Shown piece by piece: positions 37,180 to 50,318 of a stretch of 64,000 bases of DNA (its first letter is position 1; each line of letters starts with the position of its first letter). Both the position numbers and the translations under genes were made by a program. Under the pieces are notes generated by a model, which made no database searches, was not told where the DNA came from, and worked only from the letters and a program-made list of their open reading frames with translations. The stretch is from Mobula hypostoma. Taxonomy: Eukaryota. The DNA lies in the NCBI RefSeq assembly GCF_963921235.1, contig NC_086108.1, positions 19,468,001-19,532,000 of the forward strand, in the 5' to 3' direction.

Positions 37180-39384
37180 TAATTGTACTGAAATGATCTG
37201 TACTGATGGCATGCCAAACAGTTTTTCACTGCTCCTCAGTAATAAACTAATTTATCCAGAGACCTCAGTTGGACACGGGTACCAAGCAGAACCAAGTTGA
37301 AATAAACTATACAAGCTCCTGCTGCCTCATCCCTCCATCACGAATCAGCAGAAACCAACATATCAACATTACTTGACCCTATAGCATACATTCTTTTTTC
37401 TACCTATTACATCCCTACACTTTCTTGCTACCAAGACCAACCTTGTTGTCTCTTTCTCAGTTCTGGAACATTAACAGTTTCTCTTTCTACAGATACAGCC
37501 TATCTACAGTATTCCTCACACATTTCTTTCTTTATTAATTTCAGATTTTCAGCATCTACAGTTTTTTTTATTCTCTAAATTTTACAAATGTTGCTTCAGA
37601 ATCACTTATTTTAAATAGCTGTAACTTCTGCATTTAATCAATCCAGAATCAATATTACTAATGAAAAATTCAGTGGTCCAGTCAAAGGTTCATTTCTTGT
37701 ACTAAATTATATACTAGCATTTTGGGCATGTTTACTGTAATTAGAATACTTTTCCAAAACTCTACCAGAAAAATTAAGATATCTACAGAAGAGCACGTTG
37801 TTGGAACGCAGCTCAGTCATAAAGCCAAATTCCCTCATGCTGTTCTTTGACATTGTGTTGAACTCATTTTTACATTTATGTATTTTAACAGCTGATTACC
37901 ATAAACAGCATTTGTATTTCATAAACCAAGTATGCCCCACTTCCCATCAGTACCAGTCAAACAAAGAAGCACTTATTAGATTCATGTTTCACAATGACTA
38001 TTCACAAAGGATGAATCCAAAATTATGTCAAATCATTTACTAGAGAATAGCCAGTTGTGATTACCTTAGAGATTGTTTTATTGCCTTGCATCAGGACAGC
38101 TCTGCAAGCTCAGTCATTGATGTTTTCCTCAGGGAACTATGAATCCATAATTTCTTGCTCAAAGAACAAAGCAAACAAAAAATAAAATACTTGGTTTTAT
38201 TTAATATGGTTAGTATTGCCTATTAAGGAAAGGAAATACAGACCCAGAAACCCAGTGTATGAAAATCAGTGCTAAAATGTGGACAATTGTGAAATACAAG
38301 GGAATTGGATTGTTATAAATTGAATTAAGATTTGCCTCCACGATCACCCAACCACAAAGTCAGCATTTTCAGCATTCTCCTCCAAGTCCTTCCCACACAC
38401 AATACAATCAATGCCATTCTGGTCTAGGGGTCCGGGCCATCAATGAGATCTAGCTTGCTATTCTTGTCCACCATGTATGATTATCACTCCAGTGACCATG
38501 CTTTACTGCAGAATCCCACCCGTCCAAGTGTACATACTGAAACATCTCTCCTCATGCTTGCAGTCACTGGCTTAGCTATCCCATGCAAGTGTCATGGGCA
38601 AATCTAGGTCAACAAGATTGAGATTTACATCAGATGTGTTAACCGTGTGACAGAACACAGTCGTGTGCCTCATTTACAATTTCTCCGTCAATCTAATTCA
38701 GTCTCTCACACCTGCTGCATTTTTCAATTCAAACCTTTAGCCTGAGCACTGTTTTCCTACATTGAGTCCACACCCATCGATTCTCTTCACATCCAAACAT
38801 TCCCCCGCCCAGCATCTCTGTTCAGCAACTTGGGTGGAGAATTCCAAAATCAGCAATCCACTGGTTGAAGAGATCTCAAGTGAATTCAAACATGGAGTTA
38901 AAGTTAAACTGAGCCAAGACACTGAGTTGGGTTCAGAGACTTTAATCCATGCTTCTAGACACTCTAGCTGGAGGAAACCCCTTCCCTGCATCTACTGTCA
39001 CATCTCACACTCTCAATGTGATCACCTCTCGTTTTTCTACACAATACAGTCAGTTTAGTCTCTCCTCAAACAGCAATCACCTCTTCCCAGGAATCAGTGG
39101 TGAACTCGTATTGTACTCCCTTCGACTGCAAGTATATACTTTCTTCGAAAAACTGGACCAAAGCACAATATTCCAGGTGCGATCTCTCGAGGTCTTACGT
39201 AATTGGTACAACACCTCGCTACCTGAGCTCAAAGCCTCTTGCAATAAGAGCCACTGTATTTTTGATTTTGCTTGCTGCATTCACAGACACCAAAATCCCT
39301 TTCAATTTACTGCCACCTCAAGATATTTTGCCTTCTTTCCACTGAAAACAATAATCTCACATTCCACATATACTACAACAACCA

Positions 39385-39935
39385 GGTCTTGTTGCAGCTA
39401 TATAGGACCCTGGTCAGACCCCACTTGGAGTACTGTGCTCAATTCTGGTCGCCTCACTACAGGAAGGACGTAGAAACCATAGAAAGCGTTTACAAGGATG
39501 TTGCCTGGATTGGGGAGCATGCCTTATGAGAATAGGTTCAGTGAACTTGTACTTTTCTCCTTGGAGCATCGGTGGATGAGAGGCGACCTGATAGAGGTGT
39601 ACAAGATAATAAGAGGCATTGATCCTGTGGATAGTCAGAGGCTTTTTCCCAGGGCTGAAATGACTAGCACAAGAGGACATAGTTTTAAGGTGCTTGGAAG
39701 TAGGTACAGAGGAGATGTCAGGGGTAAGGTTTTTCTTGTTTTTTTTTTAAAAACACAGTGAGTGCTGAGTGCATGGAATGGGCTGCCGGCGGCGGTGGTG
39801 GAGGCAGAAACGATAGGGTCTTTTAAGAGGCTCCTGGATAGGTACATGGAGCTTAGAAAAATAGAGGGCTAGGGATAAGCCTAGTTAATTCTAAGGTAAG
39901 GACATGTTCGGCACAGCTTTGTGGGGTGAAGGGCC
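39385..39935 (+). mobile_element. CR1 LINE 3' fragment (preceded by an oppositely oriented CR1 remnant at about 39040-39340)
   Basis: VLLQLYRTLVRPHLEYCAQFWSPHYRKD...RGDLIEVYKI...TRGHSFK. Confidence 0.85.
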
Positions 39936-40554
39936 TTTATGTCTTCTTCCCACCCCATCATCAAGCCTATCAAAATCATCTGAAATGAAACTTCTCAAAA
40001 TCCTGTTCACAATGAACACTGCCCACAAATTTTGCATTACCAGCCAACTTAGATACACAACATTTGGTTATCCATAAAGATCATTATCAGTCAGAGCCTC
40101 ACCATTAATCCTTTTGCTGGTTTCCTACCACAGCCTTCTAAACTGAAAGTGGTTTGTTTTTTGCTCTTTAAACAATCCAAAAAGCAATTTTTGCCCCACT
40201 ATCCATGTGATCTAAAATTTGCTCATTAATATCTTCTGCAGTACTTTGTTGAAGGAATTCTGGAAGACCAAATGTGCTACATCTACTGGTTACCTCTCAG
40301 ATATTCAGCTTGTTACAACATCCAAAAAAAAAACTGTCAAACAATTAATTGATATTGACTCCACTTTTATGAAAACAACAGTTGAAAATGCTGGAAATAC
40401 TAAGCAGATCAGGCAGCATCCATAGAGATAGAAACAAAGCTAACATGGCAGATTAATCACGTTTCTTCAGAACTAGCAGATCCTGCCCAACCATCTTCCC
40501 AGTGTAGTTACCACTTGGTTTATAATAGATTCTGGTATTTTATTTATTTGTTGA

Positions 40555-40822
40555 GACACAAAGCAGAACTGGCCCTTCCGGCCCTTTGAGCTATGCTGCC
40601 CAGCAATCCCCCAATTTAACCCCAGCTTAATCACTGGACAATTTACAATGACTGATTAACCTACTAACCGTTACATCTTTAGACTGTGAGAAGAAACCAG
40701 AGCACTCAGAGAAAACTCATGCAGTCACGGGAAGAACGTACAGACCCCTTACAGGCTGCAACGAGAATTGAACCCAGGTCACCTGTAAAGCACTGTGCTA
40801 ACCACTACGCTACGGTGCCACC
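40555..40822 (-). mobile_element. V-SINE-type SINE
   Basis: Reverse-complement V core and tRNA head (gaattgaaccc...ctaaccactacgctacggtgccacc). Confidence 0.72.
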
Positions 40823-41799
40823 CTGATGCCGTCATCCCCATTTTTCCCCTCTTTTCTTCAATAACAGAATTCTATTTCTGGCCTTGCATTCCATGGGAAC
40901 TCCTCTGGAATTCATGGAATCTTGGAATCTCGCAATCAGAATATCTTCAGTCTTCATCATCACTGCTGTTAAAACATTGAAATGCAGGTCATCAAGTTCT
41001 GGAGATTTATCCACTTTATTTTTTCTATTTTTAGACTTCTGCAAAGCACCTCTGAATTAATGGTTGCAACAAGAACTCAATACCTGCAGAATTGCAGCAG
41101 CTTTATTCTGGACTCGCTATCTGAGAAAGGCCTCAAAAACAACCAGAAACTAAATGTATCCACCTCAATCCCATACAACATCCTTCTTGGACTCCGATGG
41201 AAAATGCATAGCAACAAGAATTAATTTATCTTTTACTCTCAATTTCGTCTGAACAATTCACTTTACTGGAATTCAGTACATCACAAATGTACTTCACGTG
41301 CCCCATGAAACAGAGCTTTAAGGTTCCTATCCATAGTTTTAAATGCCTCCAAAGCACCAAACGCTTACCAGTCATCGAAATTTTGCCACAACTGTGTGCA
41401 ATGGTCTCCATTCAACACACCAATCCAGTAACTATCCATGCCTCTGCTTATTTAGCATACTTGCTGGCATTGTATCTTTTATTTAGGGATCTAACAACAA
41501 AGACATGGTGTTACAAATAAGCAATCATATTTGTATATCCTGACTGGAAAACTTGGCCCTTCTCCTCCTGACTTCACATTACTATTCTTTTACAATATCA
41601 TCAGAAGCTGGTCCTTCTGTCTCTGAAAGTTACTCCCTGCTCCAGAATAATGAATTCCTTATGGAACACCATCAGTGCCACTAATTTTGTCATTTTCTGC
41701 ATCTGTCAATCCTGCAGATCATCTCAGATGCATGTACAATATGGTATTTATTCCCCTTTAATATTGTGTTGGTTGCCGATTTTTGATGAACTTTCATAG

Positions 41800-42155
41800 A
41801 TTATCATCATCATGTCCCATGTCCAGTTTGAGCTTTGACTGCCATGGCCCACTGTTTTGAGTCAAGTGGATCAATTCATTGGTAATAATTTCGAGTTCTC
41901 TGGCTGCTGTCTCCATCATTTGCCTTTGCCTTCCTCTTGCTTTCTTCCCTTCAATCTTTCCCATAATTACTGTGCATTCTAACTCCTCTTTCCTAATCAC
42001 ATGTCCAATGAAGTCACATTGCCCTTTCATGATCTCAGACATTATTTCTCTTTTTGTGCTTGCTCTGCTCATGATATCCTCGTTAGATATTCGTTTCGTC
42101 CATGATATTCTTTGGCATAGTTTATACTTTGGAAATATTCTAAAATCTCTCTCCA
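41800..42155 (-). mobile_element. RTE-clade LINE 3' end
   Basis: QRISWTKRISNEDIM...FIGHVIRKEELEC..IMGKIEGKKARGRQR, with a (GAT)n-like tail. Confidence 0.8.
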
Positions 42156-42249
42156 AATGCTTAAAAAATGTAGATGCATTATCAAAGTATACCCTGTACC
42201 ACTGCTAGCTTTAGTGTTGGCTCAATTCTTCACCGTTTATTGCACAGGA

Positions 42250-42610
42250 CAGCATAGTAAGATACAGGCCCATCAGTCCATGTACTGAAGTAATTACATA
42301 ATTAAATGCTTATGCTTTACTAAACCAAACCCGCTGCCAACACATGATCCCTATCCTTCCATTCTCTGCACATCTAAGTGCCCAGCGAAGAACATCGTCG
42401 ACACCTTTATCACATTTGCCTCCACGAACACACCTGAAGTGCATTCTCTGCACCCCATTTCCAACATCAATATCTCCACCACACTTACAGTTCTCACCTT
42501 AAATGCATGCTGTTTAGGATGAGAACACTTCAACCCTGGGGGAAAGAAGATACTAACTAACTGCTGAATCTATGCCTCTCAATCTTATAAACATCTGGCA
42601 GGTCTTATTC
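42250..42610 (-). mobile_element. CR1-like 3' fragment, degraded
   Basis: ctcaccttaaatgcatg...tctatgcctctcaatcttataaac resembles the reverse complement of a CR1 3' end. Confidence 0.55.
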
Positions 42611-44675
42611 ATAATAATGACTCCCTTGATGATCTGTTAAAATCCTGGTATTTCTACTGAAATAATACTCTCAATATCACCGCACTGATCAAGCTCTAAT
42701 TTGACCAAACTGCAAGATTGCATTCATCTGCATAAGGTGGAAGAGAAACATACACAATTGTACAAGGAGGTGGCTGTACATCAGGAACTGAACAAAATGT
42801 TTTTAAGCATCTATGACTTTCTGGTAGGATAAAAAGAGCAAAGTATTAAGAGTACAAATACAAGAAATCTCCTCATATACAATAGCCTTATGGAAATTAC
42901 AACAAAAAGTTTTATAAACTTCAATACACTCAGAGGACCAGAGTACATCATATTGTGAGACCCAAAGGATACAGATAAAACTGTCAAAAGACGCAAAATC
43001 AATTGATGATGCTCTGAAGTTAATTCTTTCGGAAATATCTTAGTGAAGCTCAAATTTCTCAGTTGTCCAAATTTAAAAGGATTATGTACGCCACACTAAA
43101 GTTCCTTTCTCTTCAAAAGAGAAATCAATAAACGCGTGTATTTTCTGTACAATTTAAACTAAAACTCATTAGAACCACACACCCCGACACAAATACACGC
43201 ACACCTCTTCCAGTACCCCCAAAGGAAAATGAAGGCTTTGAACAATTTGCTCAGAGCTATGCACCCAAAGAGCCAGAGGAAACAAAGGGTCCTTGAGGCT
43301 GCAAAGTTTGCCAATTTGAAGATACTGCATGGAATAAGGAATCACTTCCTATTCAAAATGAAGTAATTGAGGAAAATTTAACCAAACTTTTACGAGAAAA
43401 AAATACTACATGCAACAAGTAGCTCACATGTAAACAGACATGACATAATCCTCTCATCACATGTATAATGAGTTACAAGTGATTTATTGCATTACTTTTG
43501 TGAAACACTAACGTTATTGTACTCATTTGGAGAATGAACTGTTAATTACAGAATGCGGCAAGCATTACTTCAGGCAACAAGCAGAACTGTAGTAGCCTTT
43601 GTAAGAAGTCTACTCAAAACCCTGCAGCAGGGTTCGTCCCTTTTGATCACCACCGCACAGAGCACTGGTCCTCCCTTTGCTCCCTAATTAGTGTTAACTG
43701 AAGCCAGTTAGGTAAGTAAAGCACTCCTGTCCAAAAAAAGGGAGCAATGACCTCAAAAACAAAGGTTCTCTTATTCCTGCTGTTAATTACTGGCCACCAT
43801 TCGACTGACACAATATTTCCCTCCTGACTTCACTGTACACCACTCTCAAATCCAGAAAGATGAACATGCCACCACTTTGCAATTGTGGGTCACCAGCATA
43901 CTCGAAAAGTTAGTTCTCCTGAAAAGACAGGAATTTGTGCCAAACTGTCATTAGTGTGTTAAATTTGTACCCCCCCAAAAAAAATTCTGTTTCCTACAAC
44001 TTTATTTAAACCAGAAATACATTCAAGAGTCCCTAAAAATTGTCAGTCTATTTATTTTCATATAACACAGCTTACTCACGTCTTTTCCTCGACTTTGAAA
44101 AAACAACCCAGCCAAATTTGAAATGAGACTCTACTGCACGCAGATACAGTTGGTTGTGAATGCTAGGAACGCAAACCTGGAACTTCATATCCATGTCACA
44201 CTCACGTTTGTAAATGGAGCCCACTACAGGTCTCCTGCAGAGCCATTGGGCATGGGTGTAACTGAGGACTTATGTAAACAGATATGATGCATTTTCTTCT
44301 TCAGCAGTTGCTTGGAATCTTCATTCTATTCTTCTAGGCTCCAAGACACAGAATGAGACCAGTTAACCATGGTCTCTTCAGATAGATGGGGGCAAGTAGT
44401 GCCTGGCACAGTGATAATTTGCTGGGACATGATATGGACAGCTTCCAATGCTCTAATGCATCATTCTCAATACCCCTGCAGATGCACGGTCTCCATTTTG
44501 AGCAATATTGGATGAGAACCCAGGGAAGGTCAGAGTCCCAGTAGAATGTCACATTTTTCCCCCCATTCCAGCCAGCCAAGTATAATTAGGACATCAGTGC
44601 AAGGGCTGCTAGCATGGAAAAGGACATGGATATCTATTCAAGTAAATAGGAAGGAAGAGAGTACTCATAACATAT

Positions 44676-44843
44676 TGCCAGTGCCTCGAGGTGCCAGCTG
44701 CAAAGATGGTGCCAGTGCCTCGAGGTGCCAGTGCCTCGAGGTGCCAGCTGCAAAGATGGTGCCAGTGCCTCGAGGTGCCAGTGCCTCGAGGTGCCAGCTG
44801 CAAAGATGGTGCCAGTGCCTCGAGGTGCCAGCTGCAAAGATGG
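44676..44843. repeat. Perfect two-unit minisatellite, pattern A-B-A-A-B-A-A-B-A-B
   Basis: A = tgccagtgcctcgagg (16 bp x6), B = tgccagctgcaaagatgg (18 bp x4), no mismatches. Confidence 0.95.
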
Positions 44844-45109
44844 TCCCAGCAGCTTTTTGCTCCACCAAGAATTTTGAGCCAAGTCAGCAGACCACACATT
44901 GAAGACAAAGGTAAATCATAGAACAGGTGACTGCATTCACAAAAAAATGGCTCCCAAAAATGGGTAGTGGTTCACACTTCACTGAACCTCGCAGGTTGGC
45001 TGAACACCTTAACCTTGAAAGGCCTTGCAGTCAACATCACATGATTGTAAAGGCCCTCTGCCAGCCCGCCCCATGTAACAAGGTGTAATAAAAGTTTGCT
45101 TTATAGTCT

Positions 45110-45605
45110 GGCACAGTGAGGCCACTCTCAAGTTGGAGGAACAACATCTCATAATCCGTCGAGGTAGCCTCCAATCAGGTGTGAACATAGATTTCTCTTT
45201 GCAGTAATTTTTGCCCATCCCCCCTTCTAGTCCTCACTCTGGCCTCTTACCTCTTCTCTTCACCTGCCTACCACCTCCTCCTAGTGCCCCTCCTCCTCCC
45301 CTTTATCTCATAGTCCAATCTCCTCTCTTTATCAGATCCTTTCTTCTCCAGCCCTTTACCTTTTCCAAGCATCACCTACCAGCTTGTAACTTCACCTCCC
45401 CTCCCGTACCCACATGGCTTTACCCCTCACCAATCAGCTTGTAACTTTCTCTCCGCACTCCCCGCCCCCACACCTTCTTATTCTGGCATCTTCCTCCTTC
45501 CTGTCCAGGCCTATTGAAGGGTCTCGGCCCAAAACAACAACTATTGATTAATTCCGTAGATGCCGCTGACCTGCTTAGTTCGCCCAGCATTTTGTGTGTG
45601 TTGAT
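45110..45605 (+). mobile_element. Older PLE 3' fragment
   Basis: gaggccactctcaagttggaggaacaacatctc, pyrimidine-rich UTR and degenerate hammerhead gaagggtctcggcccaaaac. Confidence 0.75.
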
Positions 45606-46759
45606 CTGGGAATGGAAGTTTTAATACAAAATGTACTTGGAAATATTCTTGGTGCCATCTTTACATTAATTTGAAAACCTCAGAAATACTCAATTCAGGC
45701 TGCTTAGCCTTTTTTTAAAAAATTGGCAATAAAGGTCAAACTAGCAGCTGCTGAGACTTGTGAAGAAAAATTATTTTTGGCCGGAGCAAAAATAATCATT
45801 GTACACCAAATATTGAAGGCATTTTGAATTGGGGTTGTACATCACCTCTTCAAACAACTTTACTCTGCCAAATTAAGGGCATGGATCCAATTAACAACAC
45901 AGGAAATTGTTTTTACAGGCTTGATTACTGTGTGAATTTAAGCATTTGATCTAAACAAAATTAAGAATTAAAGTGGACCTCAGGAAATGACTAAAGGTAT
46001 TCGCTTGAATTTAATCAGCATATTTCATAAAATGATCCAAGCAACCATTGCTCAATTTTTTTTAAATTTATAATTGATCATCTTCATTGCTTGTTCCTCC
46101 TTGTCCATAAATTCTAATTTAAAATTGGGATTTAATACATTTTCTTTTTAAGCTGAAATTTAAGCCCGGGTGTTTTAAGAACTTTGTTTAGTTGTACAAA
46201 GAGGCCATTCTGGGTATGTGGAGTAGGGGTGAAAAGTGAGAGAAAAGTCCAACAAACTTTTCCTTCTGTAAATTTAATTTTGCACAAATGACTCATAGCC
46301 CTGCATTGATGAATGTGTAAACATATCTAAATATAATGTTAATTCCAGTCTATATATTGTATTTCATCAGGAGAAAATAATTACGCTTTACTAGTTTTAT
46401 GATAAGCAACTTATATCGACACAACTCACATTAGAAGCGTAAGTGGGTAATCTTAAAGAGCCTTCAACTTGCCTTCAACACCCACCTGTAAGGTGGAACA
46501 CAGATAGCTGCAAATCACAGCTGAGTTTTGATTCTAAATCTGATGAACAATACAGGAGTTAGAAACTATAACCAGCAGTTCCTAATGTTTATGAATGGCC
46601 TAACTGATTCACACTCCATGATATTTCACAACCCCACCCCCACCCCCGCTCCACAATGTCATCTTTATTCCGCTGATTCTGCTGGGCAGCCACAACCCCA
46701 GCTAATTCATAAGCCCTTTTCAAGGGCTTCTCATGTCAGACACATACTTCAAATAAGTC

Positions 46760-49700
46760 TTCGGTGGTAAGTCACCCTCGTCAGTCCCAAGGCAAAGGTC
46801 AATGGGCAATCTTGCCTCGCGCCCAAACATCAGATAATATGGCAAATACCCAGTAGCTTCATTTCATGTACAATAATAACTGTGAACCAGATGCCCAATA
46901 ATGCTGACTCCACCTGCTCTTCTTGCTGATCTTCAGGGTCCCGAGCATGTCCAGCAAGGTCCGATTAAACCTCTCTGGCTGGGGATTACCCTGCGGGTGA
47001 TAGGACGTGGTCCTCGACTTCTTGACTCCAAGCATGCCCAGTAACTCATGGATGAGTCTGCTCTCGAAATACCATCCCTGATCACTATGTATTCTCCTGG
47101 GAAGGCCATAATAAATTAAATACTTCTCCCAAAACACTTTTGCTACCATAAACACCCTCTGGCCCTTCGTAGGAAAAGCCTGAGCATATCTGGTATCATG
47201 GTCCGTGATGACTAAGACAGCTGCCACGTTGTTGGCATCGGGTTCTATTGACGGGAAATCCATACACACCAGGTCCAGAGGCTCCACGCTCTGCAAGTGG
47301 GACAAGGGAGCTGCCCGCGCAGGCGGTGTCTTCTGCCGTATGCATCAAATGCATGACTTGCAGTAGTCTTCGACCCGACTTCATTCAGGGCCAGAAAAAA
47401 AACAGTCTCTGAGCAATCCATAAACCCCCGAATGTCCAGAATCATCATGAAGTGATATCAATGCCATCCTCCAATACTTCTCGGGCAGAACCAGCTGGCA
47501 GCTCCGGGGTCTGGGGGTGATGTGACTCAATATAAGATCTGGTTCTTCAACTCCAACCAAGGCCATTCTCGTAGTAATGGAGGAACCAACACATGTTTCG
47601 TCCTCTCCACCTGAGCCATGTCTCCCTTTTCGACCGCCGCCCAAATGGTACCAATGCCCACTTCATACAGCAACAGCAACTTCCCTAGAACTCAATTCCG
47701 GCAGCTCATTTGTCTTCAGAGCAGTCACGTTAAAATAAACTTGGGGGATGGTGTCATCAGAAGGCCCCAATTGATCCACCGCTTGCTTCTGCCGCTCCTT
47801 TTCCCTCTGCCTTCACGGTGATGGCAAACTGACACAGGGCATTCACCCCTGTGGCAGGAACACCCTCCTACTCCTCATCCCTGACCAGTCCTTCATACGG
47901 CCCTCAGGACAAAGCATCAGCATCAATGTTCCTGCTTCCCAGCCAGCAGTTCAGGCTGAAATCATAGGCAGACAATGCTGCCAACCATGCATTAGTGATA
48001 ATTTTTCAAAACTCGTTAGATTCTGGACTAGTTCCTGAGGATTGGAGGGTGGCTAATGTAACCCCACTTTTTAAAAAAGGAGGGAGAGAGAAACCGGGGA
48101 ATTATAGACCGGTTAGCCTAACGTCGATGGTGGAGAAACTGCTGGAGTCAGTTATCAAAGATGTGATAACAGCACATTTGGAAAGCGGTGAAATCATCAG
48201 ACAAAGTCAGCATGGATTTGTGAAAGGAAAATCATGTCTGACGAATCTCATAGAATTTTTTGAGGATGTAACTAGTAGAGTGGATAGGGGAGAACCAGTG
48301 GATGTGGTATATTTGGATTTTCAAAAGGCTTTTGACAAGGTCCCACACAGGAGATTAGTGTGCAAACTTAAAGCACACGGTATTGGGGGTAAGGTATTGA
48401 TGTGGATAGAGAATTGGTTAGCAGACAGGAAGCAAAGAGTGGGAATAAACGGGACCTTTTCAGAATGGCAGGCAGTGACTAGTGGGGTACCGCAAGGCTC
48501 AGTGCTGGGACCCCAGTTGTTTACAATATATATTAATAACTTGGATAAGGGAATTAAACGCAGCATCTCCAAGTTTGCGGATGACACGAAGCTGGGCGGC
48601 AGTGTTAGCTGTGAGGAGGATGCAGGGTGACTTGGATAGGTTGGGTGAGTGGGCAAATTCATGGCAGATGCAATTTAATGTGGATAAATGTGAAGTTATC
48701 CACTTTGGTGGCAAAAATAGGAAAACAGATTATTATCTGAATGGTGGCCGATTAGGAAAACGGGAGGTGCAACAAGACCTGGGTGTCATTATACACCAGT
48801 CATTGAAAGTGGGCATGCAGGTACAGTAGGCGGTGAAAAAGGCGAATGGTATGCTGGTATTCATAGCAAGAGGATTCAAGTACAGGAGCAGGGAGGTACT
48901 ACTGCAGTTGTACAAGGCCTTGGTGAGACCACACCTGGAGTTTTGTGTGCAGTTTTGGTCCCCTAATCTGAGGAAAGACATCCTTGCCATAGAGGGAGTA
49001 CAAAGAAGGTTCACCAGATTGATTCCTGGGATGCCAGGACTTTCATATGAAGAAAGACTGGATGAACTGGGCTTGTACTCGTTGGAATTTAGAAGATTGA
49101 GGGGGGATCTGATTGAAACGTATAAAATCCTAAAGGGATTGGACAGACTAGGTGCAGGAAGATTGTCCCCGATGTTGGGGAAGTCCAGAACGAGGGGTCA
49201 CAGTTTGAGGATAAAGGGGAAGCCTTTTAAGACCAAGATTAGGAAAAACTTCTTCACACAGGGAGTGGTGAATCTGTGGAATTCTCTGCCACAGGAAACA
49301 GTTGAGGCCAGTTCATTGGCTATATTTAAGAGGGAGTTAGATATGGCCCTTGTGGCTACGGGGATCAGGGGGTATGGAGGGAAGGCTGGTGCAGGGTTCT
49401 GAGTTGGATGATCAGCCATGATCATAATAAATGGCGGTGCAGGCTCGAAGGGCCGAATGGCCTACTCCTGCACCTATTTTCTGTGTTTCTATGTTAACCA
49501 CCGATGGCCTGTGGCATCCAGTTTCACTGAGGTCAGGATATAAGTTAGGGGGTTGTTCTCCGTCCTCACCTCAAACTTGGCCCCATAGAGGTTGTCACTC
49601 AGCTTGTCCACCACCGCCCATTTCAACACCAGAAATTCCACCTTGTGCGTGGGATAGTTTTTCCTCAGAGGGCAACAGACTCCAGCTGACAAATGCAACG

Positions 49701-50318
49701 GGCCTCAACACGGAGCCCTGATCCCGATACAGGACGCCCCCTAAATCCTCTCAGCTTGCATCCGTGTGCAGTACATACGGCAATCGGGGGTCCACAAAAG
49801 CCAGCACCGGCACCAGCAGCTCCTTCAGCGACTGAAAGGCCTCCTCACATTTTGCATCCCACCTCAGTCCAAAGGGCTCCGACAGGCTAAGATACTCTCC
49901 ACCTCCTGTCCTTTTTCCCCCCGTACCTTTCTTCCCCAAGGGAGGGCAATCGCACAGAAGCTGAGTCAATGGGTGACTCACTTTCGCGTTGCCTTTCACA
50001 AACCTCCAATAGTAACCACAGAACCTGAGGAACGAGCGCAGAGCACTCACAGTCTGGGGTCCTGGCCAAGTAGTAACTACCTCGATATCAGCTGGGTCTA
50101 TAGCTACACCATCCCATGAGACAATGTGCCCAATATAGCTAACAGACGTTTGGCAGAACTAGCACTTGTCCAGGGAAAGTTTTAACCCTTCAGCTTTCAG
50201 GCGGCCCAGCACCTTCAGCAGCCTCGCTTCATGTTCTTCCAAGGTGGATCCAAATACTATGAGGTCATCCAGATATACCAATACTCCAAACAAGGCCATA
50301 TCCCCCACTGTCTTCTCA
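46760..50318 (-). mobile_element. Gypsy pol fragment (RT-RNase H-integrase order), no LTRs seen, interrupted by CR1
   Basis: VYLDDLIVFG at about 50250-50280; LRSFLRFCGYYWRF...LHTDAS; LKWAVVDKLSDNLYG; IHSDQG...YHPQGNPQPERFNRTL. Confidence 0.9.
47988..49495 (+). mobile_element. CR1 LINE, 5'-truncated, 5-bp TSD AACCA
   Basis: [11 protein letters not shown]...[13 protein letters not shown]...[11 protein letters not shown]...SKFADDTKL; tail ttttctgtgtttctatgtt; aacca at 47983-47987 and 49496-49500. One frameshift and one stop. Confidence 0.93.

Noticed and set aside
44676..44843. CRISPR-like repeat-spacer array
   Set aside because: There are no unique spacers, only two invariant units, the context is eukaryotic and no cas genes are present.
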